In this document: positions 24,663 to 39,053 of the stretch, one piece after another | Layout of the letters: every line of letters starts with the position of its first letter | Numbering within the stretch: position 1 is the stretch's first letter | From: Octopus vulgaris | Lineage: Eukaryota | DNA length: 64,000 bases | NCBI GenBank assembly: GCA_951406725.2 | Contig: OX597814.1 | Span: 14,942,001-15,006,000 of the forward strand | Direction: 5' to 3' | Notes under the pieces: model-generated | The model's database searches: none | What the model was told of the DNA's origin: nothing | The model's input: the letters and a program-made list of their open reading frames with translations, nothing else | Position numbers and translations under genes: made by a program

Positions 24663-25459
24663 GTTGATTATTTTCAACTATTATCGTCACCAGTACCACC
24701 AACACCGCCACCAAAACTGACATACACATACCATTCAGACCTCCGATGCCAACTGTATAAATACCTTTGACTCCGCCGTCTTCCCCTCCACCACCATCAC
24801 CACTGTCTTTCACATTGCTTACTGACCAAAATCATCGCCGTCGCTTCTGCTTGTAATGACAACTATCATACCTCATACTATTAGTATCACCCCATTACCA
24901 TCACAACCGTCAATCTGCTACCCTCTCTATGCCTAATATTACTCTTTTCCCATCACGGGGAATAGTGGAAGTTTCAGTGAATATTGAGAGAGGAAGTCAA
25001 AGTGGCATTTATTATTATAGATATATATAGATGTATATGTATCGAGAGATACTATGAAAATATTTAGGGTAGAAAATTCAGAGAAATGATTTGCCAGTGG
25101 CCAGCATGTGTAATAGAGTTAATAGACAAAATATTTTTCATATAAATTAGTGTACATTTCTATACACAAAAGAGGTGACCTCTAACAGGACACCTTACAT
25201 GCTGATAAGGGTAGTTAAAACCCAAACCACGGATAAGGGCAATTTCAAAAGGTATGAAAAAAAACATTTAAAAAGTTACCACTTGTACTCAAGTTTCGAC
25301 ATTAACGTACAAATAAAAAATTTGCCATCCGTGTCTCACCAGCAAGGGCGCTATAATTAATGTATATTTGTGGAACACTGAAGGCACACATATTCCATCT
25401 ATATACATTATAATTTTTCAAATCCACCGCGCAATCGCAGCTGTAATCAGCAGCAAATA

Positions 25460-26724
25460 TCAGGTCATCCCTAATTTCTGTCCGATTTTTCTTTTTTCTA
25501 AATTGAATGAAATTTAATCGTATTTTATAATTTCGAATGGAATTAAAACTTATTTTTATGCATTTGTGTACATTTAAAGCTATTACATATTATTTTACTG
25601 AATAAGAGAATTAAAATTTCTTTCATTAAAACCCTTTCTAACATAGAAGTATCCACAGAGCATTTGAGGCACATATTGCTTTATGAGTATAAAAAAGGAA
25701 GCTCTGCAGCCGAAGCGACTCGAAACATACACTGAGTTTATGGGAAAGAATGATTGAATGAAAGAACCTGAGAAGATGGTTTGCAAAATTCAGAAGTGGA
25801 GAGTTCAGCCTTGGGGATGAAGCTCGAACAGGACGTCCAGTTGAATTTGATGATAAGCTCCTTGAGGCATTACTTGAAGTAGATCCTGCATTATCAGTTG
25901 ATGAATTGGCAATAAAGCTTAGTTCAAACCATACAACTGTTCATCGTCATCTTCAACAACATGGAAAGGTTTCTAAACTTGTAAAATGGATGCCTCATGA
26001 ATTGTCCAAAAGCAACCGCACTTCCTGAGTTGGCAGCTGCTATTCTCTCCATTCTCGCGAACTCAATTCACCCTTTTTGGATAGACTTGTGACGAAAAAT
26101 GGATCTTCTATCGAAATGTTAAACGTCGTAAACAGTAACTTCGTAAAAGGGAAAAAGCTCAACCACAACCGAGAAGGGAACTTCATGAGAAAAACGCTCG
26201 TTTCTCTATTTAGTGGTTGTGCAAAGGAGTAGTTCACTGTGGATTGTTACCACCTAATGCAACAATCAATGCCCAAGTCTACTGTCAGCAATTAGAACGT
26301 TTGAACCAAGCTTTAAAGAAAAAGTGACCCGCTTTAGGGAATAGAAAAGGAGTGATGTTTCATCAGGACATTGCGCAACCCTACACTGTAAAGATCACAT
26401 CACAGAAGGTTGGGAAAAATTCTTCATCCACCATATTCTCCCGACCTTGCTCCTTCAGACTACCATTTGTTTCGTAGTTTACATAATCATTTGGGGGACA
26501 TAACTTTCGCAAGCCAGGAGGAGGTCGAAACTGACATTTCAGAGTTGTTCGCTTTGAAACCAAAAGAGTATTATATTGATGGGATTAAAAAGCTTGTAAA
26601 TAGATGGAATGAAATCATAGATAACCAGGGAAAGTACATTGATGATTAAATTTCAATTAAATATAACATTTGATCACTTGTTTTCTTTATTCAAAATTCG
26701 GACAGAACTTATGGGACGACCTGC
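25460..26724 (+). mobile_element. Full-length decayed mariner (DD34D) transposon
   Basis: TIRs caggtcatccctaatttctgtccga / cggacagaacttatgggacgacctg; KWMPHEL and HPPYSPDLAPSDYHLFRSL motifs; frameshifts and stops. Confidence 0.93.
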
Positions 26725-27064
26725 AAAAAATTACGTACCAAAGGGTTGTGAGTGGATTACTCAGACCGAATATATGTATGCATTCATGTAAGTGTGTGTA
26801 TACAAGTGTATGTGTGCATTCATGTAAGTGTGTGTATACAAGCAGAGTTCATTTTGTGCGCATGGTAGCAAGTCAGCGTGTGTGCGCATACACATGTATG
26901 CATATATGTATGTATGTCTGTATGCATATATGTATGCATTCATGTAAGTGTGTGTATGCATGTATGTATGTGTGTGTGTGTGCATATGTATATATGAGTT
27001 CTGTATATTCATGTGTTTGTGTGTTTTTATGTGTGCGTGTTTGTTTGCATATGTGTGTATCTGT

Positions 27065-27330
27065 CTCCTTGTGTGAGCATGTCTGTGTCTCTGTGTGTGT
27101 ATGTATAGGTTTGTGTGACTATGTACTCTGTCTGTATGTATGGATGTGTAAAAGTAAGGGGGTAAAAATATTCATAGTATTCGCGTAGCGGACATGTCCA
27201 TACCTACACATGCGCGCCCGCCCACCCACGTATAAAAGTATACACTCATCCACCCTCACTTGAACCACGCACATTCTCACCCACACCATTCGCCCAAAAT
27301 ATATATATATATATATGTATATACATATAT
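27065..27330 (+). repeat. Local direct repeat, second copy at ~29538-29800
   Basis: ctccttgtgtg.gcatgtctgtgtctctg...cacaccattcgcccaaaat is present twice, near-identical. Confidence 0.9.
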
Positions 27331-27518
27331 GTATGTATATATATATGTGTATATATATATATATACATATATATACATATATATATACATATATATACAT
27401 ATATATATATATATACATATATATATACATATATATTTATAGATATATATGTATATATATATATACATATATATACATATATATATACATATATACATAT
27501 ATATATACATATATATAT

Positions 27519-27557
<39 letters not shown>

Positions 27558-27572
27558 ATATATATGTATGTA

Positions 27573-27620
<48 letters not shown>

Positions 27621-27707
27621 TTGAATTACCTGCTAATACCCGGAAAAGCAGGGTTTATTTTCAGTGGCCTTTCCCATTACACTGTTCATGTTTTTTCCCG
27701 TTCTCTG

Positions 27708-27912
27708 CTCAGTTTCCGCTTTAGTTCTGCTCCCATTCCTATCCCCAATCCTACGTCAGCATGTACACGCAGGTAATTGTGATTACCTGCGTATACATAC
27801 TGACGTAGGTATATAACAGTTTTATTGTTGCCACCATCCCATGATTACCTGCGTTTACATACGGAAGTAGGATTGGAGATAGGAATGGGAGCGGAACTAA
27901 AAAGGAAACTGA
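27708..27912. repeat. Nested inverted repeat / MITE-like hairpin
   Basis: ttagttctgctcccattcctatccccaatcctac pairs with gtaggattggagataggaatgggagcggaactaa; inner hairpin at 27750-27809. Confidence 0.8.
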
Positions 27913-27928
27913 ACATACATACATATTC

Positions 27929-28477
<549 letters not shown>

Positions 28478-28508
28478 TACAAAAATAATACGCTGCAGAC
28501 AGGATACA

Positions 28509-28544
<36 letters not shown>

Positions 28545-30209
28545 CATACTTACATACACATAAATATACATACATAATTTCTAATACACACCATTATAAA
28601 ATGTTGCATGTTAGACATATGTATATATATTTGTGTGTGCGTGTATGTATGTATGTATGTATTTATGCGTGTGTATGTATGTATATGTGTGTATGTATGT
28701 CTGTGTCTGTGCCTGTGAGTGAGTGATCGACAGCAGGAAATTCACCTACCCCATCTTCCTTAAATCTGCGTAATCCTCACACCTACTTTCTGTATATGTG
28801 TGTATGTGTGTCTTCTATATATGCATTTACGAAAGTGTGTATGCAAGGACTCAGGTATATGGTAGTTTTATTATTGCTACCGTCCCGTTTCACCGCTGTT
28901 CTCGCTTTCACTGATACAACTTACTCTTCCCCTCTCTGTTACTACTTCAGACTAATAATTTTGCAACCATTTCATTTTATCATATAATTCTCCCTACGCC
29001 CCTGGGGGCACATTATAGATTGATACTGAAATCCGAATAGCCTATTATTAAACTGGATGCTAGTGACACATATATGCTAAGTTTCGTGAATATAGGTTCG
29101 GTAGTTGGGGTACTAATTTGGTAACGGATAGATGGACAGAGAAAAATTGACAATTATATTTATATATATATATATGTGTGTGTGTAGTAACAAACCGAGG
29201 AGAAGAAATCCTTCAAAGGTGTGTGTTAAACATACAATTCACTTGTAAGTCAATTGGATACCATATAAATATTGGTATAATCGAATTATAAAGATAAATT
29301 AAATATAGAGATATACTATTGACAATCCAATAATCTATTTATTTTACAATATTCCATTAAATACTCTGAATATAACATAACATAATATCATAAAACATAA
29401 AGTTATAAAAACCATAAAAGGCCAACAAATATTTTCAAGTTATATATATATATATATATTTTTTTCTGATATAGATAATCACAGCTCCGGTATATATAAA
29501 ATCACTTCAGGGTCATGGTTTAGAAAAGACGAAATTCTCCTTGTGTGTGCATGTCTGTGTCTCTGTGTGTGTATGTATAGGTTTTTGTGACTATGTACTC
29601 TGTCTGTATGTATGGATGTGTAAAAGTAAGGGGGTAAAAATATTCATAGTATTCGCGTAGCGCGCATGTCCATACCTACACATGCGCGCCCGCCCACCCA
29701 CGTATAAAAGTATACACTCATCCACCCTCACTTGAACCACACACATTCTCACCCACACCATTCGCCCAAAATATATATATATATATGTATGTATATATGT
29801 AAATATATATATATACATATATATACAAATATATATACATATATATATACATATATGTATTATGAGCGTGAGCATTAACTATTCAATCGTACATCCATTA
29901 CAATTAAAAAAGCAACAAAACCATTTTAACGGACGATACAATCGAGTAAGGGCAATCCACAACCATCGAAATTCACTTCATTACATCTCAAACGCATACC
30001 AGTTTAATGCTTTTCATGTCCAAGGTAGTTGTTTGTCACGACATTTTTTGGGCACAAAAAACAGTTCGTTTCTATGTTTTTGTTTTTATTTTCGTTTCTC
30101 ATTCTGTTCGGCGTTTTTTTTTTGATGTCCTGTAACCATATATGCATGTATATATACATACATATATGTAGATATGCAGATATATGTATGTATATATACG
30201 TATATTTAT

Positions 30210-30231
30210 ATTATTATTATTATTGTTGTTG

Positions 30232-30298
<67 letters not shown>

Positions 30299-30324
30299 CA
30301 TCATCATTATTATTATTATTATTA

Positions 30325-30410
<86 letters not shown>
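30210..30410. repeat. (TTA)n microsatellite
   Basis: Direct reading. Confidence 0.95.
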
Positions 30411-30439
30411 TTTATATATGCGCTAACATGCCCTTTGGG

Positions 30440-31250
30440 GAAAGAACCTTTCTTCTCAACCACATAGTTACAGCTTCAGTCCTTGTGTGTGACACATTGG
30501 GCAAGTGTCTGCTACTATACCCTCGTGCCGACCAAAGCATTGTGAGTGGATTTGGTAGACGGAAACTGGAACAAGCCTGCCGCATATATTTAAATTTTTA
30601 TATATGTATGTATGTATTTGCGGGTGTGCATGTGTTTATACCAACGCCATCACTTGACAACTGATGTTAGTGTGTTTATGTTCCTGTAACATAGCGATTC
30701 GTCCAAAGAGACCGGTAGCATAAGTAAATAAGTACTAGATATACAAAGTATAAGAGTCCTGGGGTCGATTTCTCCGTCTAACCACCTTTAAGGTGGTACC
30801 CCAGCATAGCCGCTGTCAAATGACTGAAATCAGTAAAAGAACAAAAAGATATCGCAGGAGTGGCTGTGTGGTAAGTAGCTTGCTAACCAACCACATGGTT
30901 CCGGGTTCAGTCCCACTGCGTGGCATCTTGGGCAAGTGTCTTCTGCTATAGCCCCGGGCCAACCAAAGCCTTGTGAGTGGATTTGGTAGACGGAAACTGA
31001 AAGAAGCCTGTCGTATATATGTATATATATATATATGTTTGTGTGTCTGTGTTTGTTCCCCTGGCATTGCTTGACAACCGATGCTGGTGTGTTTACGTCC
31101 CCGTCACTTAGCGGTTCGGCAAAAGAGACCGATAGAATAAGTACTGGGCTTAGAAAGAATAAGTCCCGGGGTCGATTTGCTCGACTAAAGGTCGTGCTCC
31201 AGCATGGCCGCAGTCAAATGACTGAAACAAGTAAAAGAGAAAAAAAGAGA
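30440..31250 (+). mobile_element. Two head-to-tail SINE family A copies (older 30440-30850, younger 30853-31250)
   Basis: Both contain ttgggcaagtgtct...gtgagtggatttggtagacggaaactg...tcaaatgactgaaa. Confidence 0.88.
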
Positions 31251-32284
31251 AAATGAGACACGGTATAAATAACGGTCATTACACATTTTTCTTTCTTGCT
31301 TGTAGTAAATTTGACTTAAATTAGTTTCCAGTGTTCATTAACCAGAAATTACTCTGACGAAAGTAGCACCAAAATTTTTTTCATGTCATTTAATTATTAT
31401 AAACCGATCAATGGGCCGATTAAGTAAACCAATCAGTAACGAACCCATAATGACTACAGGAAACATCTGTAAGTCAAATTTACTTCAATAAAGAAAAATA
31501 CGGTATAACCATTATTTATACATTCTCTTGTATATATCACTGTGCGTAAAGCCCAGTATAACACAAGAACAACCACGGATACATACGTATATATATATAT
31601 ATATATATATTACATGCACATATAAATATGAATGCTCTATGTATGTGTATCTATGTATGAGTACATACATGCATATATATTTATATTTGTGTGTGTGTGT
31701 ATATATATATTTAAATGTATGCATATGCATATGTAAGAATGTTTCTTTGTACAACACAGTTGAATGTGGTTGGGTATGTAGGTCAGTCAATGGAAATCAA
31801 GTTTTAAACCCAATCTCTTAGTTTTCTCTTGTATAAAAATAATAACAAAATGGAAAAAAAACACGACATAAAATAAATTGATAACAAGATTTGTTCAAGT
31901 GTCTTTACTTAAATGCAATTCTTAGTAATTCATCACTCTGAAAACGAGCAAAATTTCTTTGATAACAAAATCCTTGTAAACATCGAATAGTAATTTACAG
32001 GCCAGTAAATGTATAAGATTATTAACTCTAACGGTCAAGTATAGGGATTATAAATGGTATACGGGTATGTTTAATAAAATTATATTTAACCATCGTCACT
32101 TTGTCTAACAGCATTGGGAAGATAGAAAAATTGTATGAAGTAAGATCGTTGTTGCTGCCTCCTTAATTACGGTAAATTCGAATTTGCCGAGTAAAATTTC
32201 TGTCAAATATTTTAATGGAGAATGTGTCATTATGAGAATCTTGCCTATATCACAATTGATAAAAGCATAGAAATGTGTAAAGAA

Positions 32285-32592
32285 ACCCTTCAGTCATTAA
32301 TGACCATGGGATTGCACCTAGAAAGTTACCCTCCACGGCACGAGACCAGGCAAGATTGTTTATAGAAGACAGGCAGTCGCCCATGCATACCAACTTCCGA
32401 TGTCATCCAAGAGAAAGACAAAGGCAGATACAGCTTGGCGCCAGTGACGTCGCAGCTCATATATATATCTGAGGAAACTGGAGCAATGTGAAATAAAGTG
32501 TCTTGGTCAAGAACACAACACAGAGCCCGGTCTGGGAATCGAAATCATAACTTCTTGATTCTGGGCCCGACGCTGTAAACACTCAGCCACGC
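32285..32592 (-). mobile_element. tRNA-derived SINE in the gene B intron (duplicate at ~35685-35990)
   Basis: Minus strand gtggctgagtg...gatttcgattcccagaccgggc...gttcttgaccaagacactttatttcaca. Confidence 0.7.
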
Positions 32593-32656
32593 TACTTAAA
32601 AACATAACTACATAAATAAAGACTGTAGATAATATCATTAAAATATGTTTACTTAC

Positions 32657-32671
32657 TGTAGGTATCTTCAT
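32657..32671 (-). CDS. IL17: IL-17-like gene B, coding exon 1 (MKIPT), proximal copy; ~12.7-kb intron
   Basis: Minus strand ttacaATGAAGATACCTACA|GTAAGT with upstream module homologous to gene A; nearest same-strand exon 1 for exon 19464-19994. Confidence 0.75.
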
Positions 32672-33908
32672 TGTAATACTCGATTACTTCGAAATGAATA
32701 TGGAAACGACAGCAGTATGGTGTAATTTTCAAATAGAGCCTGATTATATTCTGTTCTCGATGTGATACGCGTTCTTAAATCTATTGTCTGTATTGAGTTT
32801 TCTTACATATAAGGCGTAGACACAGTGGAATTACCATGGGTAAAGTACGTTATTGTTTTTCAACAGAGTAAAAGACTGATAAACATACGAAAATGCACTT
32901 TATCTCAAGGTTATGAATCGAGCTCTAATCTATCATTCAAAATGTTAAGAATGTTTGAGATCGATATAATTCCTTAGTTAGGAGTTGACAGGGTGTACAT
33001 TCCATAATTTTATTTTTTTACACTATATTAATCTATTATTTGTTTGCGGTGTTTGTGATAATCATTGATACGCAGGAACAGGATGGTACTATAATACATT
33101 CCTTTCTTATCGTTATTATCAAAATTTTGTCTATTTGTATATTAATCAAACATTTTTCAAATTTTAAAGATAAGTAGTATAAAAGTAGTATAATAAGTAG
33201 TATAATTTCAAAGATAAGTAGTATAAAAATATTAGGTTATTTTTTTCTTTTTAATTTATTAACTAGCTTGTCTGGAGTGTTAAAATTTTCTCCTCAGTTA
33301 TAAGGTCTTTTGTATGATTGTCTGGTAACATCTTGTTCCTTGCTATTGCCTATGGTCATCATAGATATTGTGATAGATATTAGATAAAGAGAAACGTCTG
33401 AGGTAACTGATAGGTTAAATTATTTTTGCAAGTAAAATCTACAGCTTTGCCACACTCTGTTTTATGCTGATTCTTCACGAAAGTTTCGTTAGAGACACGT
33501 CTGGAGGATGCTCTGTAACGCTGCTTCAATGAGTAGTCTGTTGAGTTGATTGTTAAACTTTGAAGTCGAGAGAAATCCTATTATTTGGATAACATATGAT
33601 AAACGAAAATAAACATTTACTTTCAATGTATGAAGATTTTTCTTCCATAGAAAATTCTTCAGCAGAAAAGGTGTGATATTTTGTTATACCGAATAAATGA
33701 AAGCTTTCTTAAATATCACACACCGACTCTCTCATTTGAAAAATTTTAGTAGATATTGCCAAGAGTTTTCTTCCTTGTGTAGATTTGGCATGATTCTCAT
33801 TTCTAATATGTATTTTGACCCACATACGGCACCAACTATGGCTACATATTGACTGAGAAGTAGGAATAAGCAGATGTACTTCAAGAGGAAATAGCCAGAA
33901 TTTCCCTA

Positions 33909-33956
<48 letters not shown>

Positions 33957-33999
33957 ATACGTATATGTTTATATATATATATATATATATATACGTATA

Positions 34000-34592
34000 T
34001 ATGGAGAGATAGCAGATGTCAACTCAATATTTGCGGTTGCTTTTGGTTAATTCATGAGGCATCCATTTTCCAAGTTTCGGGACACTTCCAAGTTGTTAGA
34101 GGTCGATGAACAGTTGTATGGTTTGAACTAAGCTTTATTGCCAATTCATCAACTGATAATGCAGGATCTTCTTCAAGTAATGCCTCAAGGAGCTTATCAT
34201 CAAACTCAACTAGACGTCCTGTTCGAGCTTCACCCTCAAGGCTGAACTCTCCACTTCTGAATTTTGCAAACCATCTTCTCCAAGTTCTTTCATTCAATCA
34301 TTCTTTCCCATAAACTGAGTGTATGTTTCGAGTTGCTTCGGCTGCAGTGTTTCCTTTCTTGTACTCATAGAGCATTATGTGCCTCAAATGCTCTTTGGAT
34401 ACTTCCATGTTAGAAAGGGTCTTAATCAAAGAAATTTTAATTCTATTATTCTGTAAAATAATATTTAATTAGTTTAAATGTACACAAATGCATAAAAATA
34501 TTTTTAATTCCATTAGATATTCTAAAATTCTATTAAATTTCATTCTATTAAAAAAAGGTTAAATCTGACAGGACTTATGGGGATAGCCTGAT
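34000..34592 (-). mobile_element. mariner 5' half (duplicate of 39720-40311)
   Basis: NERTWRRWFAKFRSGEFSLE..ARTGR helix-turn-helix region; TIR at 34565-34591. Confidence 0.9.
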
Positions 34593-34831
34593 ATATATAT
34601 AATTATTATTTGAGGGAATAAAATCCAAACTTACAAGGAAAAAGAATTCAATTTAGAAATATTAAATCAAATTCCACACAATATAATATATATATAAAAT
34701 ATTAGAAGAAAAAACCCACCTTTAATCAATTCAAGACATATAATTGAAAAGTTTAAAACTTTAACATAACAATTAAAAAGTAAAGATTAAGTAAATTACA
34801 AAAATAATATAATGTATATAATAGGTAGAAA

Positions 34832-34918
34832 AACGACACGTGTTTCGCTGCTATATTTATGAAACGGGTATAGTAGTAGATAAATCACTTGCATATAAAT
34901 ATAGTCGCTCATCAGGTT
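34832..34918 (-). ncRNA. Type I hammerhead ribozyme with long stem II
   Basis: aac-CTGATGA-gcgactatatttat...ataaatatagcagc-GAAAC-acgt-GTC-gtt; palindromic stem III acacgtgt. Confidence 0.75.
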
Positions 34919-34961
34919 AAAAATAAAATAGAACAATAAAATGATTAATTAGTAAATATAC

Positions 34962-35001
<40 letters not shown>

Positions 35002-36054
35002 CATGCACATATAAATATGTATGCTCTATGTATGTGTATCTATGCATGAGTACATACATGCACATATATATATATATATATATATTTGTGTGTGTGTGTA
35101 TATATATATAAATGTATGCATATGCATATGTAAGAATGTTTCTTTGTACAACACAGTTGAATGTGGTTGGGTATGTAGGTCAGTCAATGGAAATCAAGTT
35201 TCAAACCCAATCTCTTAGTTTTCTCTTGTATAAAAATAATTAAAAAATAAAAAAAAAAACACGACATAAAACAAATTGATAACAAGATGTGTTCAAGTGT
35301 CTTTACTTAAATGCAATTCTTAGTAATTCATCACTCTGAAAACGAGCAAAATTTCTTTGATAACAAAATCCTTGTAAACATCGAATAGTAATTTACAGGC
35401 CAGTAAATGTATAAGATTATTAACTCTAACGGTCAAGTCTAGGGATTATAAATGGTATACGGGTATGTTTAATAAAATTATATTTAACCATCGTCACTTT
35501 GTCTAACAGCATTGGGAAGATAGAAACATTGTATGAAGTAAGATCGTTCTTGCTGCCTCCTTAATTACGGTAAATTCGAATTTGCCGAGTAAAATTTCTG
35601 TCAAATATTTAAATGGAGAATGTGTCATTATGAGAATCTTGCCTATATCACAATTGGTAAAAGCATAGAAATATGTAAAGAAACCCTTTAGTCATTAATG
35701 ACCATGGGATTGCACCTAGAAAGTTACCCTCCACGGCACGAGACCAGGCAGGATTGTTTATAGAAGACAGGCAGTCGCCCAAGCACACTAACCTCCGATG
35801 TCATCCAAGAGAAAGACAAAGTCCGATACAGCTTGGCGTCAGTGACGTCGCAGCTCATATTTACATCGGAGGAAACTGGAGCAATGTGAAATAAAGTGTC
35901 TTGGTCAAGAACACAACACAGAGCCCGGTCTGGGAATCGAAATCATAACTTCTTGATTCTGGGCCCGACGCTGTAAACACTCAGCCACGCTACTTAAAAA
36001 CATAACTACATAAATAAAGACTGTAGATAATATCATTAAAATATGTTTACTTAC

Positions 36055-36069
36055 TGTAGGTATCTTCAT
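36055..36069 (-). CDS. IL17: IL-17-like gene B, duplicate/alternative exon 1 (MKIPT) with duplicated promoter
   Basis: Identical ATGAAGATACCTACA|GTAAGT within the tandem duplication. Confidence 0.65.
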
Positions 36070-37270
36070 TGTAATGCTCGATTACTTCGAAATGAATATG
36101 GAAACGACAGCAGTATGGTGTAATTTTCAAATAGAGCCTGATTATATTCTGTTCTCGATGTGATACGCGTTCTTAAAGCTAGTGTCTGTATTGAGTTTTC
36201 TTACATATAAGGCGTAGACACAGTGGAATTACCATGGGTAAAGTACGTTATTGTTTTTCAACACAGTAGAAGACTGATAAGCATACGAAAATGCACTTTA
36301 TCTCAAGGTTATGAATCGAGCTCTAATCTATCATTCAAAATGTTAAGAATGTTTGAGATCGATGTAATTCCTTAGTTAGGAGTTGACAGGGTGTACATTC
36401 CATAATTTTATTTGTTTACACTATATTAATCTATTATTTGTTTGCGGTGTTTGTGATAATCATTGATACGCAGGAACAGGATGGTACTATAATACATTCC
36501 TTTCTTATCGTTATTATCAAAATTTTGTCTATTTGTATATTAATCAAACATTTTTCAAATTTTAAAGATAAGTAGTATAAAAATATTAGGTTATTTTTTT
36601 CTTTTTAATTTATAAATTAGCTTGTCTTCTGGAGTGTTAAAATTTTCTCCTCAATTATAAGGTCTTTTGTATGATTGTCTGGTAACATCTTGTTCCTTGC
36701 TATTGCCTATGGTCATCATAGATATTGTGATAGATATTAGATAAAGAGAAACGTCTGAGGTAACTGATAGGTTAAATTATTTTTGCAAGTAAAATCTACA
36801 GCTTTGCCACACTCTGTTTTATGCTGATTCTTCACGAAAGTTTCGTTAGAGACACGTCTGGAGGATGCTCTGTAATGCTGCTTCAATGAGTAGTCTGTTG
36901 AGTTGATTGTTAAACTTTGAAGTCGAGAGATATTCTATTATTTGGATAACATATGATAAACGTAAATAAACATTTACTTTCAATGTATGAAGATTTTTCT
37001 TCCATAGAAAATTCTTCAGCAGAAAAGGTGTGATATTTTGTTATACCGAATAAATGAAAGCTTTCTTAAATATCACACACCGACTCTCTCATTTGAAAAC
37101 ATTTAGTAGATATTGCCAAGAGTTTTCTTCCTTGTGTAGTTTTTCCATGATTCTCATTTCTAATATGTATTTTGACCCACATACGGCACCAACTATGGTT
37201 ACATATTGACTGAGAAGTAGGAATAAGCAGATGTACTTCAAGAGAAAATAGCCAGAATTGCCTTAATGTA

Positions 37271-37309
<39 letters not shown>

Positions 37310-37470
37310 GTATATATATGTATGTATGTATATATATATGTATATACGTATATGTTTATATATATATATATGTATATATATGTGTGTGTATACAAGAGTG
37401 AGTCTACATATGTATATCTCAACAAGTACTCTCAGGATAAAACTCATGATGTTCGCAGACTTCAATATGT

Positions 37471-37547
<77 letters not shown>

Positions 37548-37559
37548 TAAAAAAGGAAA

Positions 37560-38240
37560 ATAGACACACTTAAATAGTTACAATATAATTTTTAATATAT
37601 CGGCCGGTTTCGCTATCACTATTCATGATATTATGTTTTACTTATTTGAATATATACTTTTTCTTAAGAAGAAATTTTGTCCATGTTGTGTGTGATGAAA
37701 TTCTCGAGTGAATGACTTCACAAGTAGATAAAAAAGGGAAGTAATTGGTTGTCGTTATTATTGTTATTGTTGTGGGTAAGGGAAATAACTGTTCAGCTTT
37801 CGGTAATGGGAGGGGAATATATATGTGTACAGACTGAGACAAGTTTCAAAAACCGTGTTTAGTGAGAGGATTTATGTACAGTGATGTAATCGTGAATTGA
37901 AATATGTAAAAAGATAAAAGTTGGTTATGGGTGCATATTGAGACGTGTTTTGTATTTTTCAATGAAAAAACATTCTTTATTTAAACGTTCTAGTTGAGAG
38001 ATTGTGTCTTTGCACTGGTAGAAAGGGAAGACTGTGAAATTTAGTATGATGTTTCTATTTGTACACTGAGAGGAATTTGTCTGTATTACGGGAAACGTAT
38101 TTGCTCTTTATGTAAAGTGGTTCTCTTTCTCAAGGTCATACTCGGTTGTCCAATATAGTTGTGTCCACAACCCGAGCAGGTTATTACATAAATTAGGTTC
38201 TCAGAGGCACAAGTGAAACTAGTTTTAATTGTGAAACTGA
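37560..38240 (-). mobile_element. Penelope-like element 3' part (GIY-YIG), abutting the IL-17 pseudogene
   Basis: Minus strand SFTIKTSFTCASENLIYVITCSGCGHNYIGQ...LRKRTTLHKEQIRFP*YRQIPLS, homologous to ORF 13501-13827. Confidence 0.88.
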
Positions 38241-38536
38241 GAGAAGACTGTTGAATCATGAATTAAATTTAGGTACCTAGGGCAGATTCAACGTTCACGG
38301 ATGATATCAGCATATAAGGATGTTGAGCAGGATTTATCACCATCGGGCGGTACTGCCTGGTATCTCCCGGCGGGTCCCATTTCAGCAGAAAGAAATAAGT
38401 AGTTGCCAATGGCTGCATGAGAATGACTTTCGTATCGGACATTCAAATCGGATTGTATTTTACTTTGGGCTGGAATTGTCACCGATGTTACGAGCAAAAT
38501 GATGTTGAAGAGAAATATTACTATCTGGGAGAGAAC
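38241..38536 (-). pseudogene. IL17: IL-17-like pseudogene C, exon 2 (premature stop, 3' half missing)
   Basis: Acceptor tttctttcaggcag|GTT. Reads VLSQIVIFLFNII...AAIGNY...DGDKSC...DIIRER*ICPRYLNLIHDSTVF; homology ends at Penelope sequence. Confidence 0.9.
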
Positions 38537-38995
38537 CTGCCTGAAAGAAATTATATTTGTCAATGGTACTTTCGATATGAGACACATTTATCGTCTTAAT
38601 CAAAAAATAAATTTACTTTAGATGCACATTTATGATGATCTACCTTACGAAATTTTACTCCAGAAAGTTGAAGGAGTATCATTCAAGAAATACTGGAATT
38701 ATATCTAAAAACGGAAATATAAACAAACTATGAGGAAATACGAAATAAAGTTACTTGTCTTACAGTTTGTCTCAACTAATAAGTGTCTCAACAATGGTCG
38801 ATCTAAAGTGTTGAAGTGTTTCAGTCAAGTGAGAAAGAAAGTGAGAGAAACGGAACGGAAGTATATATACGAACGGCAGTGCCCAAGCACCAACGCAGCT
38901 TGCGAGCTGAAATTAGTAAACAAAGAAAGTAAAGATATATATGTATGTATGTATGTATATATATATATACACACACATATATATATTATATATTT

Positions 38996-39028
<33 letters not shown>

Positions 39029-39053
39029 CATACATATACATACATATATATAT

